A stretch of 62,515 nucleotides of DNA, the filler included, from Sphacelaria rigidula (Eukaryota), in NCBI GenBank assembly GCA_964200075.2. It is 4 parts of 4 records of this genome, joined end to end, with 100 filler letters (N's around TTAATTAATTAA, not from the genome) between each part and the next. Parts side by side here need not be neighbours in the genome. Positions count along the whole stretch, not along the records: positions 31,319 to 46,867 come from CAXNAA020001702.1; positions 46,968 to 62,515 come from CAXNAA020001703.1; 2 more parts are not named here. One strand, given 5' to 3'. Positions 35,197 through 48,584 of the stretch are shown here, in pieces. The notes under the pieces are model-generated. The model searched no databases and was not told where the DNA came from. It saw only the letters and a list, made by a program, of their open reading frames with translations. Numbering within the stretch: the stretch's first letter is position 1; each line of letters starts with the position of its first letter. A program made the position numbers and the translations under genes.

Positions 35197-37929
35197 AATA
35201 ACGCAACAAACATGTATGCATTTCTGGCTAAGACACTGCGTTGTGGCGAATTGACGTGTAGAACGTACGTGTAAAGTTTTAGTTGACAAATCCCCGAATT
35301 GGACCGTGCATTCCACTTTTTGTGTGACACGGTTGCACCCCGTTGTCTAGCTATCTGTCAGAGGCCACAAGAGCGGAATAATGTCACGAGTTCGAATCCC
35401 GACATATACGTTTTTTGTTTATTTGCACAACAATCTCATTGTTGAGGAGGTGATGTATTGTGCACTACGTTTTTTCATGTTCCTCTACGACAGAGCGTGC
35501 ATCAGCAGCTTAGTTTACATTGCACAGCGATATACTCAATTCAGGTTATTTCGGGAAACTGAAAATAAATGTGTTATCATCATTTGCTACTACTGTAGAG
35601 GAATACGCAGGCGTTAGAGGCAGGCCCAGCTCGTAGTCGATCCAGTTGTTTCCAGCTAAGATTTCGTTGTACGTATCAACTTGAAAATAAATTAATTCTC
35701 GAGGGAAGGCGGGGTGACTCAGAACATAAATGTGCTACAGTACAGTATATCTCGATCGATCTATCTACGCCTTTTGTGAACAATTAGATACCACCTTAGA
35801 CTTCAGCCTTACTCACAGGCTAGCTAGACTAATTGTATTACTGACCAAACCCTTCCCGTTCCCTCCCTCCCCTTCGGTGTCTGCTGGCAGTAGCAGCATG
35901 CGGCGAAGTGCTTATTAGCTGGGTGAAAAATATTTTCGGACTGCCTCAGTGTGGGGCCACCTTCTGTGTAGTCAGCTGCTTTCGGTAGACCAGTCACCGA
36001 GGGTGCTGTATCTATAAATTGGTTCTAAAGGGCCGCACACATTACACCGAGGCTTCACGGGCTGAACAACAACTTCCTTTGACAGTTGCAAACGTACTTG
36101 GTGCCTCTAGCACCTAATGCAATCCTGCTCTCCGCGTTTACCACCACCCACCTGGTGACTGAGGCAATAATGGCCCATGTGCCCTCTCACTCGATCCCAG
36201 GATTTCTTGGTTTATTTGTCGAACTCGACCTGCACTCTAGACTATACACGCAGCAGCTTAATTTACATTGCAAAACACACATTGCCGTGTTGATACATGA
36301 AAAGCACATACGCGTCTTCCTTCTGTCTACAGACGAATGGAAGTGCCCCCCGCTCCCAGGCATTAACTGCTGTAGTGTCTGGGGCGCCCGCCCGCGAGGG
36401 TGGTGAAACGAATAATAATAGATGGGCTCTGTGTTTTTTGTGCATGTGCAGCAACAACAGTAGTTAAGCATTTGATCAGAGATGCAAGTACAGTCAGTCT
36501 ACCGCAGCATAGGCTAACAGCAGTGATGACAGAGTAGTTAACCTTTCTGCGGAAATATGCCAAGCATCAGTTAGAAACGGGCTAGATACTAAGGTGCGGC
36601 ACAGTGCCGGATATATGGCACCGTGTATCTTGAATAAATGACGCGTGTATGTGCTGGCGCATGCGGGCCAGAAAATCTCCCTCAAATCGAAAACGCCTCA
36701 TTATTGCTTCATTCAGTGGGCCCGCCACCACACACCCTTCAAAACGGCACCATACCAGCGGGCTTCGTTCTGTCGAACGTAAGCACCAAATCAGCATCTT
36801 CGACCATATATGGTGAGCTCGTGATATGTTTAGTAGATATGGCATGGTATCATGCTTGTTTCATTGCAAACTTACATGTCGGGATCGTGTTACTTTTGGG
36901 GTGTTTAGCTTCTGTTTCATCTCATCACCCCCTGAAAAAGGCGGCGCAATTAGACATACGGTCGGGCGAGACACCATGTGAGGGTTGGGTGAGCCAGTTG
37001 CCATGACACCGCTCTCAGGGACCTCTTGATGAAAATCAATGGATGCAGTTTCACTCTACACGAATCTTCAATAGAGTATCGCTTGCTTTTCTCGCGTGCA
37101 CGCATCTTATTTGACTGTTGATTCCCAGTGCAAGCACCCCAGCGCACTTTATGTTGCGTTTGGGGCGACCGCGAGTCCTGTACTGACTGTAAACCGCCTC
37201 AAGTTTTTTTTCATTTGTTTTTATGATGTATACAGTATTTCTTGGCGTTGTCATACGTCCTCATACAGTACTGCACCCGACCAACAACCGCCGCATCACA
37301 TACATATCCACGCACGTGTGCAATATTTAGCGTCTTTACATTTTCTTGTGGTGTGTTTACTTTGGTCTGGCGATCGTGGCTGTGTAGGCAGTATCGGGCA
37401 GGCTCGTTGGGGCCGTCGCCAAGTGCGTTACTGTGTAGATCCTCTTGTCACCGCTGGGTGGTTCCCGCGCAAATAACGAATCGAGCGTTGCCGCGCGCTC
37501 GCAGGATGTATGTGGTACTCTTGTATTCTTCAACAGTACAGTGCTGTGGGGATGATTGTCAACACTTTGGATGTGTGCAGGTGGAAAGCGCATGGGTTCA
37601 CCGCATCACCCCTGAAAGCGTGCTGTTTCGAAAATCACCGCCGCTGCCTTTGTTTTATGCGAATTGCTGCCTCCTCACTTTGTCCGCTGTTGTACAATAC
37701 TACAGTACATGCCATACACTAGTGCTGTACGAGTAGAGCTCTGTTAAACTTAGATGTTTGACAGCAGAATTATGACAAGTGCCGGAGATACAAAACGCGG
37801 TTACAGCTGCCAAAGGGAGTTGTTGCCCAGCCTGGAAAGCCCCGGTGTGGCGAGTGCAACTTTGGCACCAAATTTGTTGATCTCGCACCAACCACCCCGC
37901 CCTGGGGTATATGGTCCATTTGATACCGT

Positions 37930-38380
37930 CAGGCCGCTCCTCATGGTAGACAAAAATAAAAATCTGAGCAAGAGCCTTTTTGGAGCTTCAACGTCGTTTT
38001 ACGCCCGAAAACAAAGCCTTGCTGTACCCGTTGAGACGGTTCCAGCACACCTGTGCGTTTTTAGGTGACCGCATTATTTCTTTCGGCTAACCCCTGGCTA
38101 ACTTTGGATTTTTCTCGGAGAACGGTCATTTTTCTCGGAGACCGATCAGGTCCAGACAAGTCTCGGAAAATTTTCTGGACTTGACTGATCTCCGAGAATA
38201 ATGAGCGGTCTCCGAGAAAAATGCAAGCTTGGGCACGAAAAAAACTGCTGCCACCGGAAAAACGCACAGTTGTGCTGGAACCGCCTCAACAAGTACAGCA
38301 AGGCTTTCAGGGCGTAAAACGACGTAGAAGCTCCAAAAAAGCAATTTTCCATTTTTTTTTTTCTAAGGAGCGACCCTAGG
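37930..38380. repeat. Foldback MITE-like element upstream of the PHD-AP2 gene
   Basis: TTTTTGGAGCTTCAACGTCGTTTTACGCCC pairs with GGGCGTAAAACGACGTAGAAGCTCCAAAAAA; internal TCTCGGAGA/TCTCCGAGA repeats. Confidence 0.72.
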
Positions 38381-39049
38381 CCCATTATTATCGACACCGC
38401 TTCTTTCGGATATGTCTGAAAATTTCGGACTTTTTGGAGTCTGCGTTCAGATTTCACCTGAAACGAAGCGGCTCGGATTTTACTCCGAAGCTTCCTTTTT
38501 GGACAAGTCCGACAAAATTCGGACTGTAACGTAGCACTTCGGAGAGCTTGCCCGGGTGTACGCGGTGGCGCTCACAAGCATCCGAGAGCCATCAGGTACC
38601 TTGCCGGTCCCGAAAAATACACATACGCATATGCTGACTGTTTGCATGAAATACAAGCAAACAACAGAGTCAAGATGCCGCACATGTCACCCTGCAAAAC
38701 GTTCAGCGCTGACTGTTCAGCACAGTGGTATCTGTGACATTTCAACACATGACCTTCACAACGACACAATGCGCACCTCAGCTACCCAGGCACTTGGTCG
38801 CAGCAGCTGACACGGAGAACGGCAGGCAGAATGTGGGCAGATATACATTTAGTCTAGCCAGTCCGTACGCATGCCTCTGAAGTGACTTGAACGGTGTATA
38901 CATATTAAACCTACTGTCAACCCGTTTGTTCCTGTTGTCCGCCGCGCGTCAGCCCCCCTTTTTTACGCAGAAAACAGGTACAGCAGAAACTGCCTCTGCA
39001 GCAACCTAGCGACAGCCACGAACTGACAAACTAACGCAGACAACAAAGC

Positions 39050-42000
39050 ATGTCTAATCCTTCACAATCGGAGGACGAACAACATTGCATGACAAAATAT
39101 GTACCAAAGGACAGCGAAACAGAAAATATCGCAGCACCATTATCAGTACAAGCGTCAGCGCCGGCATCTGAGCCCATGGATGTCGCCAACACCTCGTCTT
39201 CCCCGGATGACACGCCGCTAGTACCCAGCGCCCCAGCCACCGCACCTTCTACGGAAAAAGCGGGCGAGGCAGACCCACTCTCTAGTCGCGCTGAGGTGCC
39301 GACGGCACGATCCCCCACTTCAAAATGTACTCCTCCCGCCCGCACAGCGCCAGCGGCAGGGGGTGAAGACATGGAGGTCGAATCAGCGCATTCCCACCAC
39401 TCGCCGGACGAGGGCGGCTGCTGGGTCTGCCACAGGAACGATGAACAGCAGCTGATCTTGCTTTGTGACGGATGCGAGGGTGAGTACCACACGTTCTGCC
39501 ACTCCCCGCAGCTGGAGGGCGTCCCAGGGGGGGACTGGTTCTGCAATGATTGTGTGGCTTCCGGGAGGGACGTCGAGGCAAGGGAAGCGAAGAGAATCAA
39601 AGAGGAGAAAGCGAAAAGTGCTGCGCTGAGGAAGGCGGCGCCGCCTCCTAAGTCTAGGTGATAAAAAATTGTATATGTGTTGTTATTGAACGGGGGGGGG
39701 GAAGGGGTTCGGGGGGATTTTTCGTCGCATATCTCATGTTGGATTCTTGAGAGAATAAATTTCAGGTCCAAGTGATGTTGTGGATCGTGGACTTGAAGGC
39801 TATTGCACACCTGTATGTGTGCTTCTGTCGCGGTGTAGCAGTGAGCGACTTTTGATGTTGAATTTCGTGGATGTTGAAAAACTCGGCGCTCCGCTGTTGA
39901 TGGAAAAACGGGGGTCGACAACAGTGAGGACAGGAGGTTACTCCCCCCGCCCCCCGCCCCCCCAATCCCGGCGTACACGGTTTTGTGTAACGTATGAAAA
40001 AATCGTAATGAGCACCGAAATGTTGGAGGCGTCTCTATTAGGAGTAGGAGCAGTGGTTCATCTCGAAAGGGATGCGTGGTCAATAGTCAAACGACTACGG
40101 CAAGCAACAAATGAGTACGCCCTCCCTCCCCAGCCCCGGCAATCCACAGCATGATATTGCTCGGGTGAACAGCGCGTTGGTGTATAAGGAATGGGAAGGG
40201 CTTGTCGACAAAAGTGTTTATTTTTGCATGATTGGACTGGCAGAGACCCACGCAAATCTCGTTGCTATATGTGCATTCACTACTTTGAAAACTGAAGTCA
40301 TGAGTTACTGCTAGATCAACGTGTTTCAACGGCCGATTTGTTTGTAGCAACATGGAAGGCGTGAGCATTTTCGCACTACCGCTTTTATGCAGAACGCGTA
40401 CACTCACGGCGTGCTCTTTAACCGGTCGTCTCCCAGGGGAGAGCTAGGTATGCCCAATTCTAAGGGATCCCCTGTCTACCTCGTTCGAGTTCGTTGTCGG
40501 CGCACCTGGTATATTCCGGGTTCTAATTATGACCGTTTCGAGTACTTACGACCGGATGGTGGAATCACCCCTGCAGCTTCTGCTAACTTGGAAGTTGGAA
40601 ATACTACACGACAGTTCCCCGAGCTGTTTTCTTCATCGGGTTATGACATTTTTATTTTTTCAGAGATTTCAAATCCCTCTGACTTCCCGTGTTTTTTCGT
40701 GGGGGTATGGGGGGCAGCTTTTCGCGTAATTATATAACTCTCGTGTCAAACTTCCAGCTCCTGATTACAAAAATCGATCAGGGCAGAAATGTTCAACCGT
40801 CAATAGGAAATTTTGGCCAGCCCAGCTCGTACAGTTCTTTCCCTCCTGCACCACCCCACTGACCACGAGTCTGATCTCCTGGATGGTGTGTTAATATATA
40901 GTATACTGTACCTCCTGTCAGGTACATGGGGGTAACCTGGGTGGGATCGCATAAGATGGGGATCGTGAAACGCTGGCAGGCTAAGATACGCAAGCGCGGC
41001 CGGGGGGAAGCAATCATCGGGACCTTTCGTACGCAGAAGGTAAGCACGCCCACATTTGTATGTGCATGCATGACGGCAACGAAAGCGATGTGAGAGCAAT
41101 ATGCCTCATTATGCTCGCGGTACGTGGAAGAACACTTCACTGAAACATCATGTTTGGCTGTGTACAGTGAGCAGGGCATCCTCGTGTTTGTCATCTGTCG
41201 CTGGGATTGTTTCCTGTTATTGTTGTTGATGTTCTTGTTGGCGGTGGTGGCGTTGGATGATGGTGGTATCGTCGTGCTTGTTGCCCGCTGTTACTGGCGC
41301 GGCAGTAGCGCAGGAATATCTCGTGGTGCATGTGCAGGTGAAACGGTCGAATGATGTACCGTTTCTCCTTCCTCTGCCCGGCCTATATTTATCGTGACCA
41401 TTAAGCGGGGAATGAGAGCAGGAAACCAGGTTCGTTGCCTATGGTCGATCAACTACCCATGTTTCTGCTGTTCTGTCCCGTCCGATCCTCTTCTCCTCGT
41501 AGGAAGCCGCGCAAGCCTACGACCAGGAGGCGCTCGCGATATTCGGCAACTCGGCCGAGATCAACTTCAAGGTGACCCCCGCCCTCCCCCCGCCCGACTA
41601 CAGGAACGCCAGGCGTTTCTCGCCAGCCAGCACACCTCATTCGCATAAATACGGTGGTGTTGATTTTCTATGTCGTGTGTGCGCGAATCGAGGAAACCGA
41701 CTGTGTCTTTTCGCACTCGTCTTTCCTCGTTGGCAACTTCTCTCATCAAGGTACGCGCTGTCCCTAAGTCATGCGTACTGTTGTGCCCTTTAGACCGTGT
41801 GTCCTAACCGTCACCCCCCTCTTCCCCCTTCCTCTAATGCGGTTCGTTATTGTGCGCATGGCCGATCGGCAGGATGGGATCGTACCAGAGGGTGACTCTG
41901 ATGAGGAACTATTCGACATCAACGGCCCCCGCAGTGGCAGCGGTGTCGGCGGTGAGACGAGTGATTTGGGTGACGCCGAGGACGGCAACATTGTGAGCGG

Positions 42001-45000
42001 CGGCGGCAACAACAGCAGCGCAGGTGCCGTCCTCGAAGGGTTTCCTTCGACCCCCACGGACGAAAAATCTAGTATGCCAGAGGTGAACACTCCTTCTAGT
42101 CCTGCCGCCGGTAGAGCCGTCGAGCCTAGCGCATTGGTAGTAGGGACAGTGACAGGGGCGGGGGCTGGACCAGGGGTGGGGATGAGCGTCGGGGTTCCTC
42201 GAGCTGAGGATGCCGTGGAGCCTGTTCGATCAGAACCTGTAGAGTCGGGTAATCAAGATGACAACGCCGATGATTCAAAGGGTGACGAGGGGGGCGTGGT
42301 GAGTAGCGAAGACGAAGGGGACCACGGGGAACGAACAGCCGGAGTTTCCGTCGAAAAAAACGAGCAACAGCCACGAACCGGCGCAGACATCACGGTATCA
42401 AGCATCGAGGCTAAGGATGCCGATGATTCTCGTGGCGGTACCGATCACACCGGCGGTGGTGTTTCTACTGACCGCGGCGACGGTGGCTCTAGAGGGGCAT
42501 CGGGACCGACTCTGGAGCGCGCAGTAATCGGAAAGTCTGCCGTCGCTATGCGCGCCCCCACTCCGCCGTCGACCTCCCCACCAGATCATCTGTCGATTAG
42601 CATCCCTACTGACGTGGGCACTGAGGACTTCAGTCCAGAGGAACGGCGGTGGGCGGCAATGGTCGGGTCTCCTTCCGGCGAAATTGTCTGGGGTGTTGCA
42701 AAAACTGACAGCAGGGGCGGTAGCGGCGGCGGCGACAGGAGTGGCGCGAGCAAGAGAAAGGGTGGTCCCGGTACCGAGGCGCAGAGGCGACTCACCGTGT
42801 CATCGTCCTCATCGAGTGCGCATAGGAGCTTGAAGGCAGCGGCACCCGCCGGTGAAAAATTCTCCTTGCCTGCTTCCTCTTCGCTCGCTTCTCCTGTTGG
42901 CTTTCCTGCGGACGTGGTAGGCGCGGGAGCGGCCAGCACCAGGGGTGATAAGGTCTATCATCCCGGCCAACGGTCAACGGCGACGAAGACCGCGAAGTTG
43001 AAAAAAAAGAAACACTCGGTCACGTCGGAAAGAGCGAGCGTGTCGGGGGCTGCCGCTGCCCCGTCCTCCAACGGCGCTGCCGCTGCCCCGTCCTCCAACG
43101 GCGCTGCCGGTTCCGCTGTAGACGCGGCGGCGGCGGCCGAGGGAACCGCGTCGCCAGCGAGGAAAAAGAGAAAAAGGGTCCCATGGGGCGGGAAAGACTG
43201 GGCGGGAAGGCCCATTTCGGCTGAAGCTTTGGCGGAAGTAAAGAGCTCTGCTACCATGTATGGCGTGGGACCGGATGGTAGGATGGTTGGCGAAGACGGA
43301 AATCATTTCTTTTGCAGGTGAGGGGGTACCGGAGAGTGGGTGAAATGATCAGAGTGGCGTACGATGAGGGAATGAGGGCCTTGTGTTTGACAGGCAGGTC
43401 GAATGCAACTGTTGTGTTGCGCAGCGGTACCCCTGAGAAATCAAACTTCATTTGACTGGTGTATGTTTCTGTTATTTCCATGAAGTAAATGAACAGTCGA
43501 TAAAAACAACAGGGGACTAATTGCTGATGCCATACTCACCTTACATGGCGTCAGACGTATTGCAATCCGGGATCATGAGCAATATGACGGGGCTGCGTTC
43601 TGGAGCAAGATGCCTCCGTGTTCCTCGTACCGCGAGTTAGTTCTAGTCCATGACTCCAGCAACCGCTGTCTACCCCTCCCCCCCCCGCGCGCTTGGTGAT
43701 TGATTGCGAGCCTGGTCCGGCAAAAACCCGGCGTGCTCCGCCCCGGCTTCGCGTGGATGCAAGTTCAATGGTCTCATGACTGCGGCGTGCAATATCACGA
43801 GTATCCCCCCCCCCCCTCGTGCTTTCGCGCTCCGTCTCGAAAGGGATACGTGGTCAACGGTCAAACGACTACGGCAAGCCACAAATGAGTACGCCCCCAC
43901 CCCCCGTGCTTTCACTTGAGTTTAATCGGTGTAATATTGATTCGCGATGCTGACTGTACCATGTGTCCATGTACCACTATACAACAAGGGCCTTGCTTTC
44001 CTATTCCTTTGTGTTGTACGATTCATAAGCCGTTTTGATCGGTAACGGTAGCATAGAATTCACCCCCCCATCCCCTCCACCCGCCCGTCCCATCGCTGCT
44101 CGGCTACCGCGCTCAGTGTGTGCGGAGAGCACGGAGACCTCACGTGCTGCGATCACTGCCCCCGGGTCTTTCACGAAGAATGCCTGGTGGAAGGCAGCGA
44201 TAGTGCTCTCGCGGCAGAGTTCCAGACGAACGACGACCCATGGTTTTGTCCATCTTGCGTGGCGTCCGGCAAGCTCAACTCTGTCGAAGGGGTAAGTTAG
44301 ATACGCTCTTGGTATCGTGTCTTGATACGGTTGGTCGTGGCGAAGGAGCTTCCTCTACATTTTCTTGAGGAGGGTCTGTAGGCGCTTCGTGTGTGGATTT
44401 TACGGCGTCACCGCTTTTTCTTCAGCGAGTGTATCAGTTTTGTTGTTGGGTACGTCTATCATGTGACCATGGCTAGACCCCTGGGGGGTCAGTTAACGTG
44501 CGACAGTCAATCAATCAATCAATCAACCGCTCAGCGGATGGTGTTTGAGGCAATGATACGAGAGGTTGCTACACGGAAGATTGCGGATAGAATTCGCATC
44601 CTCTTCAAGCTGCCCTGGCCATTTTCTCCCTCGTTGGGATTTGTGTTGAACTCCGCTTTTTGCCCAACGACAACGCGATCGGATTCCACATTTTTTTTCA
44701 CAGAAAAAGCCGAATTGGGAGCAAATGCGGCGCGAGAAGGCGGCGAAGAAGGCGACGAAAGACGCCTCGAAGCGTAAATCTGCGCCGATGTCAGACCTTG
44801 TCATTACTATCACCAGGCACCCCGTCTCCGCGGGCACCTCGAAGGACTCGGCATCCACCTCCCGTCAATCCCCAGCTCCTTCACTCGCTAACCCCGCTTC
44901 TTCTATTCCATCGCGGGCCGCGTCCTCTACAACCGCACCTGGTTCCAATCGTCCGTCGGTACCAAGCGCATTTCCCTCGGGGGAGGATGGGGTGGCACCG

Positions 45001-46173
45001 GTCATGACCCCAGCGCCAGTGCCAGCGCCGGCGCCGGCGCCGGCGCCGGCGCCAGCCCCATCGCCGCCTGTGGTAGCAGGTGCGGGGGAGGCGGTTGAAC
45101 GCGGCGGCGCACGCGGCGGCGGTGACGATAAGACTCGCGCGAAGCGCTTCGCTCCCGAGCTTGACAACCTACTGCTGCGCTCGCTTCTCTACCAAGAAAA
45201 GTACGAGTACGCAGCGCCCCCCGTGGTGAACAGTGCTCATCAGAAACTCGGTGGTGGGGCTTCGTCTTCTTCTCTCAGCGCCATCCCGAAACCACATCCA
45301 CCCGTTTCCCCACGGGCTGGACGGGCACCTGAAAATTCCGGTCCCGGTCACGGACCACGGGGGTCGACGGGAGTTCTGGGTGGAGCTGGAGCCACATCCA
45401 ACGGCCGTGCGGGAGGGGCGCGCCGCTCGAGTCTCGCAGCTAGCATGGTGGCTGTGGGCCTCGTGCCTCCCTCGGTGGCTCAGCAGCTCGTGCCCCCCGT
45501 TTCGACGTCGGCGGTCGCGGAAGGGGCGGGGACGGTTGCGTCCGGTACCCCTGAAATGTGTGGCTCCCGCCAATATGACTTTGACGAAGGCAGCGATGCA
45601 AGTGGCATCACTGACGGGATGGACAGTATGCCGAACGGGAACGGCGGTGCATGGAAGGGTAAGGGGAAAAGTAGCGACCGGCGGGCGATAGACGGGGCAC
45701 GAGGCGCCGGCAGCGGGGGTTATGGGAACGCAGGAAGCGGCGGAGAGAGTGCAGGAGGAGACGTCATGGATATGGAGAATAATCAAGAGGAAGGTGCTCA
45801 GGGGGGGACGCAAGTTGCCGCGGGAAAATCTTTGCATGCCCCCAACGTCAGGCGGGGAAATTGGGCTGGCGGTGCATCCGCTGCTCCTGTTGCTAATTCT
45901 GTCCTTCCTATTAGTGCTGCGGCTGCGGCTGCGGCTGCGGCCGCTTCTCCCCCGCCAACGAACCAGCACCGACGGTGGAACCTAAAGTATATGAAGGTCA
46001 TGGGAGATGGGGCCCCGAAAAGTGACGTGTGTTCTAGCTGCCGCTTGCACCCGGGAGGCGCGGCAATGGTCTGCCCTAGCCCGGAGCTCTCGAAAATGCA
46101 CGTGTTCTGCTTTCCGTGCCTCGCGAAGAAAGAGGGCATCGAGAAGTCTCAGCTCATCACCGGCAAGGTCAAG
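39050..46173 (+). CDS. PHD finger / AP2 DNA-binding / PHD finger / Cys-His Zn-finger protein, at least 1295 aa, 3'-partial
   Basis: Exons 39050-39657, 40922-41039, 41503-41571, 41873-43317, 44117-44291 and 44704-46173 (3885 nt, all GT-AG, phases consistent). PHD1: CWVC...LILLCDGC..EYHTFC..P.LEGVPGGDWFCNDC. AP2: SRYMGVTW...RWQAKIR...IGTFRTQKEAAQAYDQEALAIFGNSAEINF. PHD2: [28 protein letters not shown]...WFCPSC. C-terminal finger: CSSC...VC...HVFCFPC. Confidence 0.9.
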
Positions 46174-46302
46174 GTGAGTGTGGAGGGGGGCGGGGGGGGG
46201 GGGGGGGGGCGCGCGCGGGAAGAGAAGGGGGGGGGGGGGAGGGGGGGGAGAGGGGGGAAGTGAGGGGGGAACAAGCCCCTGGTTGCCTCTNNNNNNNNNA
46301 GG

Positions 46303-46354
<52 letters not shown>

Positions 46355-46599
46355 CGCGCGCATGCAGATAAGAGGAGGGGCAGAAGGCGGGAGAAAGGGT
46401 GAAAGTGAGAAGCGAACAAGCCGCTGCTTGCCTCTTATCGAGGGCCTTCAATTTGAGCCCTGTTATATGACATACTACGTACTGTAGTTTGTAATCCCCA
46501 TTCAGTAGACTCTCGATGTGCTCAGTTGGGAGTACTATAACCCGTGCCGGCGCGTGTTTGCAAAAATGGAAACGTCACCCCCCCCCCCCTCCCCCATCC

Positions 46600-46867
46600 A
46601 CCACGCGAAAAATATGAAACTGAGATTTCGGGTGGGGGACCTAGACCTGCCAGAAAGAAGAAAGGGATATACCAGTCGTCGAAAGGAGGAGGAAGTAGAT
46701 GGACAGAACTGCCGCTGTGGCGAAGCGATAGGGAGCAGAAGTCATATAGTGGCAGAATCTGAACTAAACAAGGAAGAACGGGACGTGCTAGAGGGAGAAA
46801 TGCGGGACGTGAACAAAGGTGGCATGGAATCGTTTTATGCATTGGACAGTATGGAGAAAACGATGGC
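46600..46867 (+). mobile_element. LINE C-terminal fragment (same family as 23890-25870), intronic, cut by contig end
   Basis: KLRFRVGDLDLPERRKGYTSRRKEEEVDGQNCRCGEAIGSRSHIV matches the 25400-25560 segment. Confidence 0.8.
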
Positions 46868-46967
46868 NNNNNNNNNNNNNNNNNNNNNNNNNNNNNNNNN
46901 NNNNNNNNNNNTTAATTAATTAANNNNNNNNNNNNNNNNNNNNNNNNNNNNNNNNNNNNNNNNNNNN
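46868..46967. other. Artificial contig linker N44-TTAATTAATTAA-N44
   Basis: Identical 100-nt linker. Confidence 0.97.
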
Positions 46968-47956
46968 CATCAATTTCAAGTAAAAAAAGTATGCATGGTC
47001 CAGAAAGACTAATCTCGCGGTCTAAGGGTTAAGGATAAGAATTCCATCATCACTTCCTAATATGAGACCGGTGGTTATAAGCACGCCACTGTTAATTTCA
47101 TTCACGTTTCCAACCAAAAGCGATGTCATACCCACTGTTCCTGCGTCCACATCATGACTCTATCATGCAACACCAACACATTTTATTGCAACACCACATT
47201 TGATTTCGGTCCTCTCCATACTGTACCACCGACCAATCCTTCGACTTATCGTACATGCGTACATGGTTGGCAAGCAGACAACCCAGCTGCTTCTGTGTGT
47301 ACAGATTTTGTTTTTTAGATATACACGCTTCAGACAGTACAGCATCGCAAACATTGTTCGCAATACAAGATAATTGTTGTGACTGTAGCGTGTGTGGTTT
47401 TCGAAGTCGTCAACGTGACAAACTTTACCGTCTGCATATATGTGGAACAAACTAAGTCGTACTGTTATGGGTGCGCCTGACCCCCCAAAGTGGGCAAAAA
47501 AAGTGTCACCGACCAAAATCACGAACAGATCGACTTTTGGGGTTTATCCAGGTTCGTCGGGTAAGATGTGCCTCACGTCATCGGAAGAGAACGACATGGA
47601 TCCAAAGTTCATATCGAGAAAAAGTGGACTGCATTCTATGATCAGGATCCTGCCGTTACTTCCGTCGTTGTTCCTAATATATTGTATGCCACTGCGTCGC
47701 TTTTCGTCCGCGCTTGCCATACGCTGGAATGCCTGGAGGGTAGTTGGGTTGACCCAACCCAACGCGCACCGAGAACCCTCGGACAAGGGCGGTACACACA
47801 TTTCCTCAACGAAGTGAGGCCTTGGTAGACCCTAAATCGACGCCTGTGACGCCGATCTTACGAAAACACGTTCTGCACCACACAAGGAGCACGCGCGACT
47901 GTTAGCCCTACTTAAATTCCGATTCTCGTACAGACTCAAATCAAGTAATATCAACC

Positions 47957-48210
47957 ATGAGCATCCGTAGCCAGACGCCGGTAACTGAAACCATAACGCT
48001 GAACTATTTGTTTTTGGGAACGCGGATCGAAATCGGGCCAGCAACATGTGCTCAACATGCGACAGAGCCATATGTACTGATGAACTTCAACGAAGACGGC
48101 CCTTACGCAGACAAGGGTAATATCGTCACCGGGTGTGTGATGTGGGCCGGGCGGATGTTGGTCAACCTCCTCGTGATGTGTTGAGGAGCTCGGTTCATCG
48201 GATCCCATCG
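47957..48210 (+). pseudogene. Possible relic of a METTL21/Methyltransf_16-type lysine methyltransferase N-terminal exon
   Basis: The reading ...DKGNIVTGCVMWAGRMLVNLLVMC*GARFIG resembles the TGxxxW..a..L...L motif that precedes SAM motif I. It has an in-frame TGA and no downstream exons were found. Similarity was judged by eye only. Confidence 0.35.
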
Positions 48211-48584
48211 TTCCACAATTTTAGCGGATGAATGACTCGCCTTGTGCATGTGTATTTGTTGTTCCGTGGGCATGGCTTTTCATTCCATGAATACGCATGA
48301 TATTAATCGGACTCTGAAGATTTTGTGTTTCAAGAGGGAATGAAGATAAACCGCCGCCCGTCACCCACCAGTGCCGATACAACGGACGCGTATCGCAAGG
48401 CGGGTGGGTGCACTGAAAGACATGAATATGGTTCCGGTGCCATGTGGCTTCAGTAAAAGTCGGCCGACGACTTTATACTGTCTTTTGTGTCATCTTGACG
48501 CAGTATAGTTGATCATTCAGGAGGGTAAGTTGGTCCATATGGATTTTAGTGTGGACGACGAAATCCGGATCTTGCATGGGAGCT

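Noticed and set aside
39031-40083. 350-aa minus-strand ORF (also 45169-45969 and others over the same gene)
   Set aside because: These are antisense shadows of GC-rich exons of the PHD-AP2 gene and have no domain content.
46180-46355. Long poly-G and poly-Pro/Gly ORFs (also 33836-34022 and 14850-15020)
   Set aside because: These are intronic or intergenic homopolymer runs next to N gaps and are likely low-quality sequence rather than protein.
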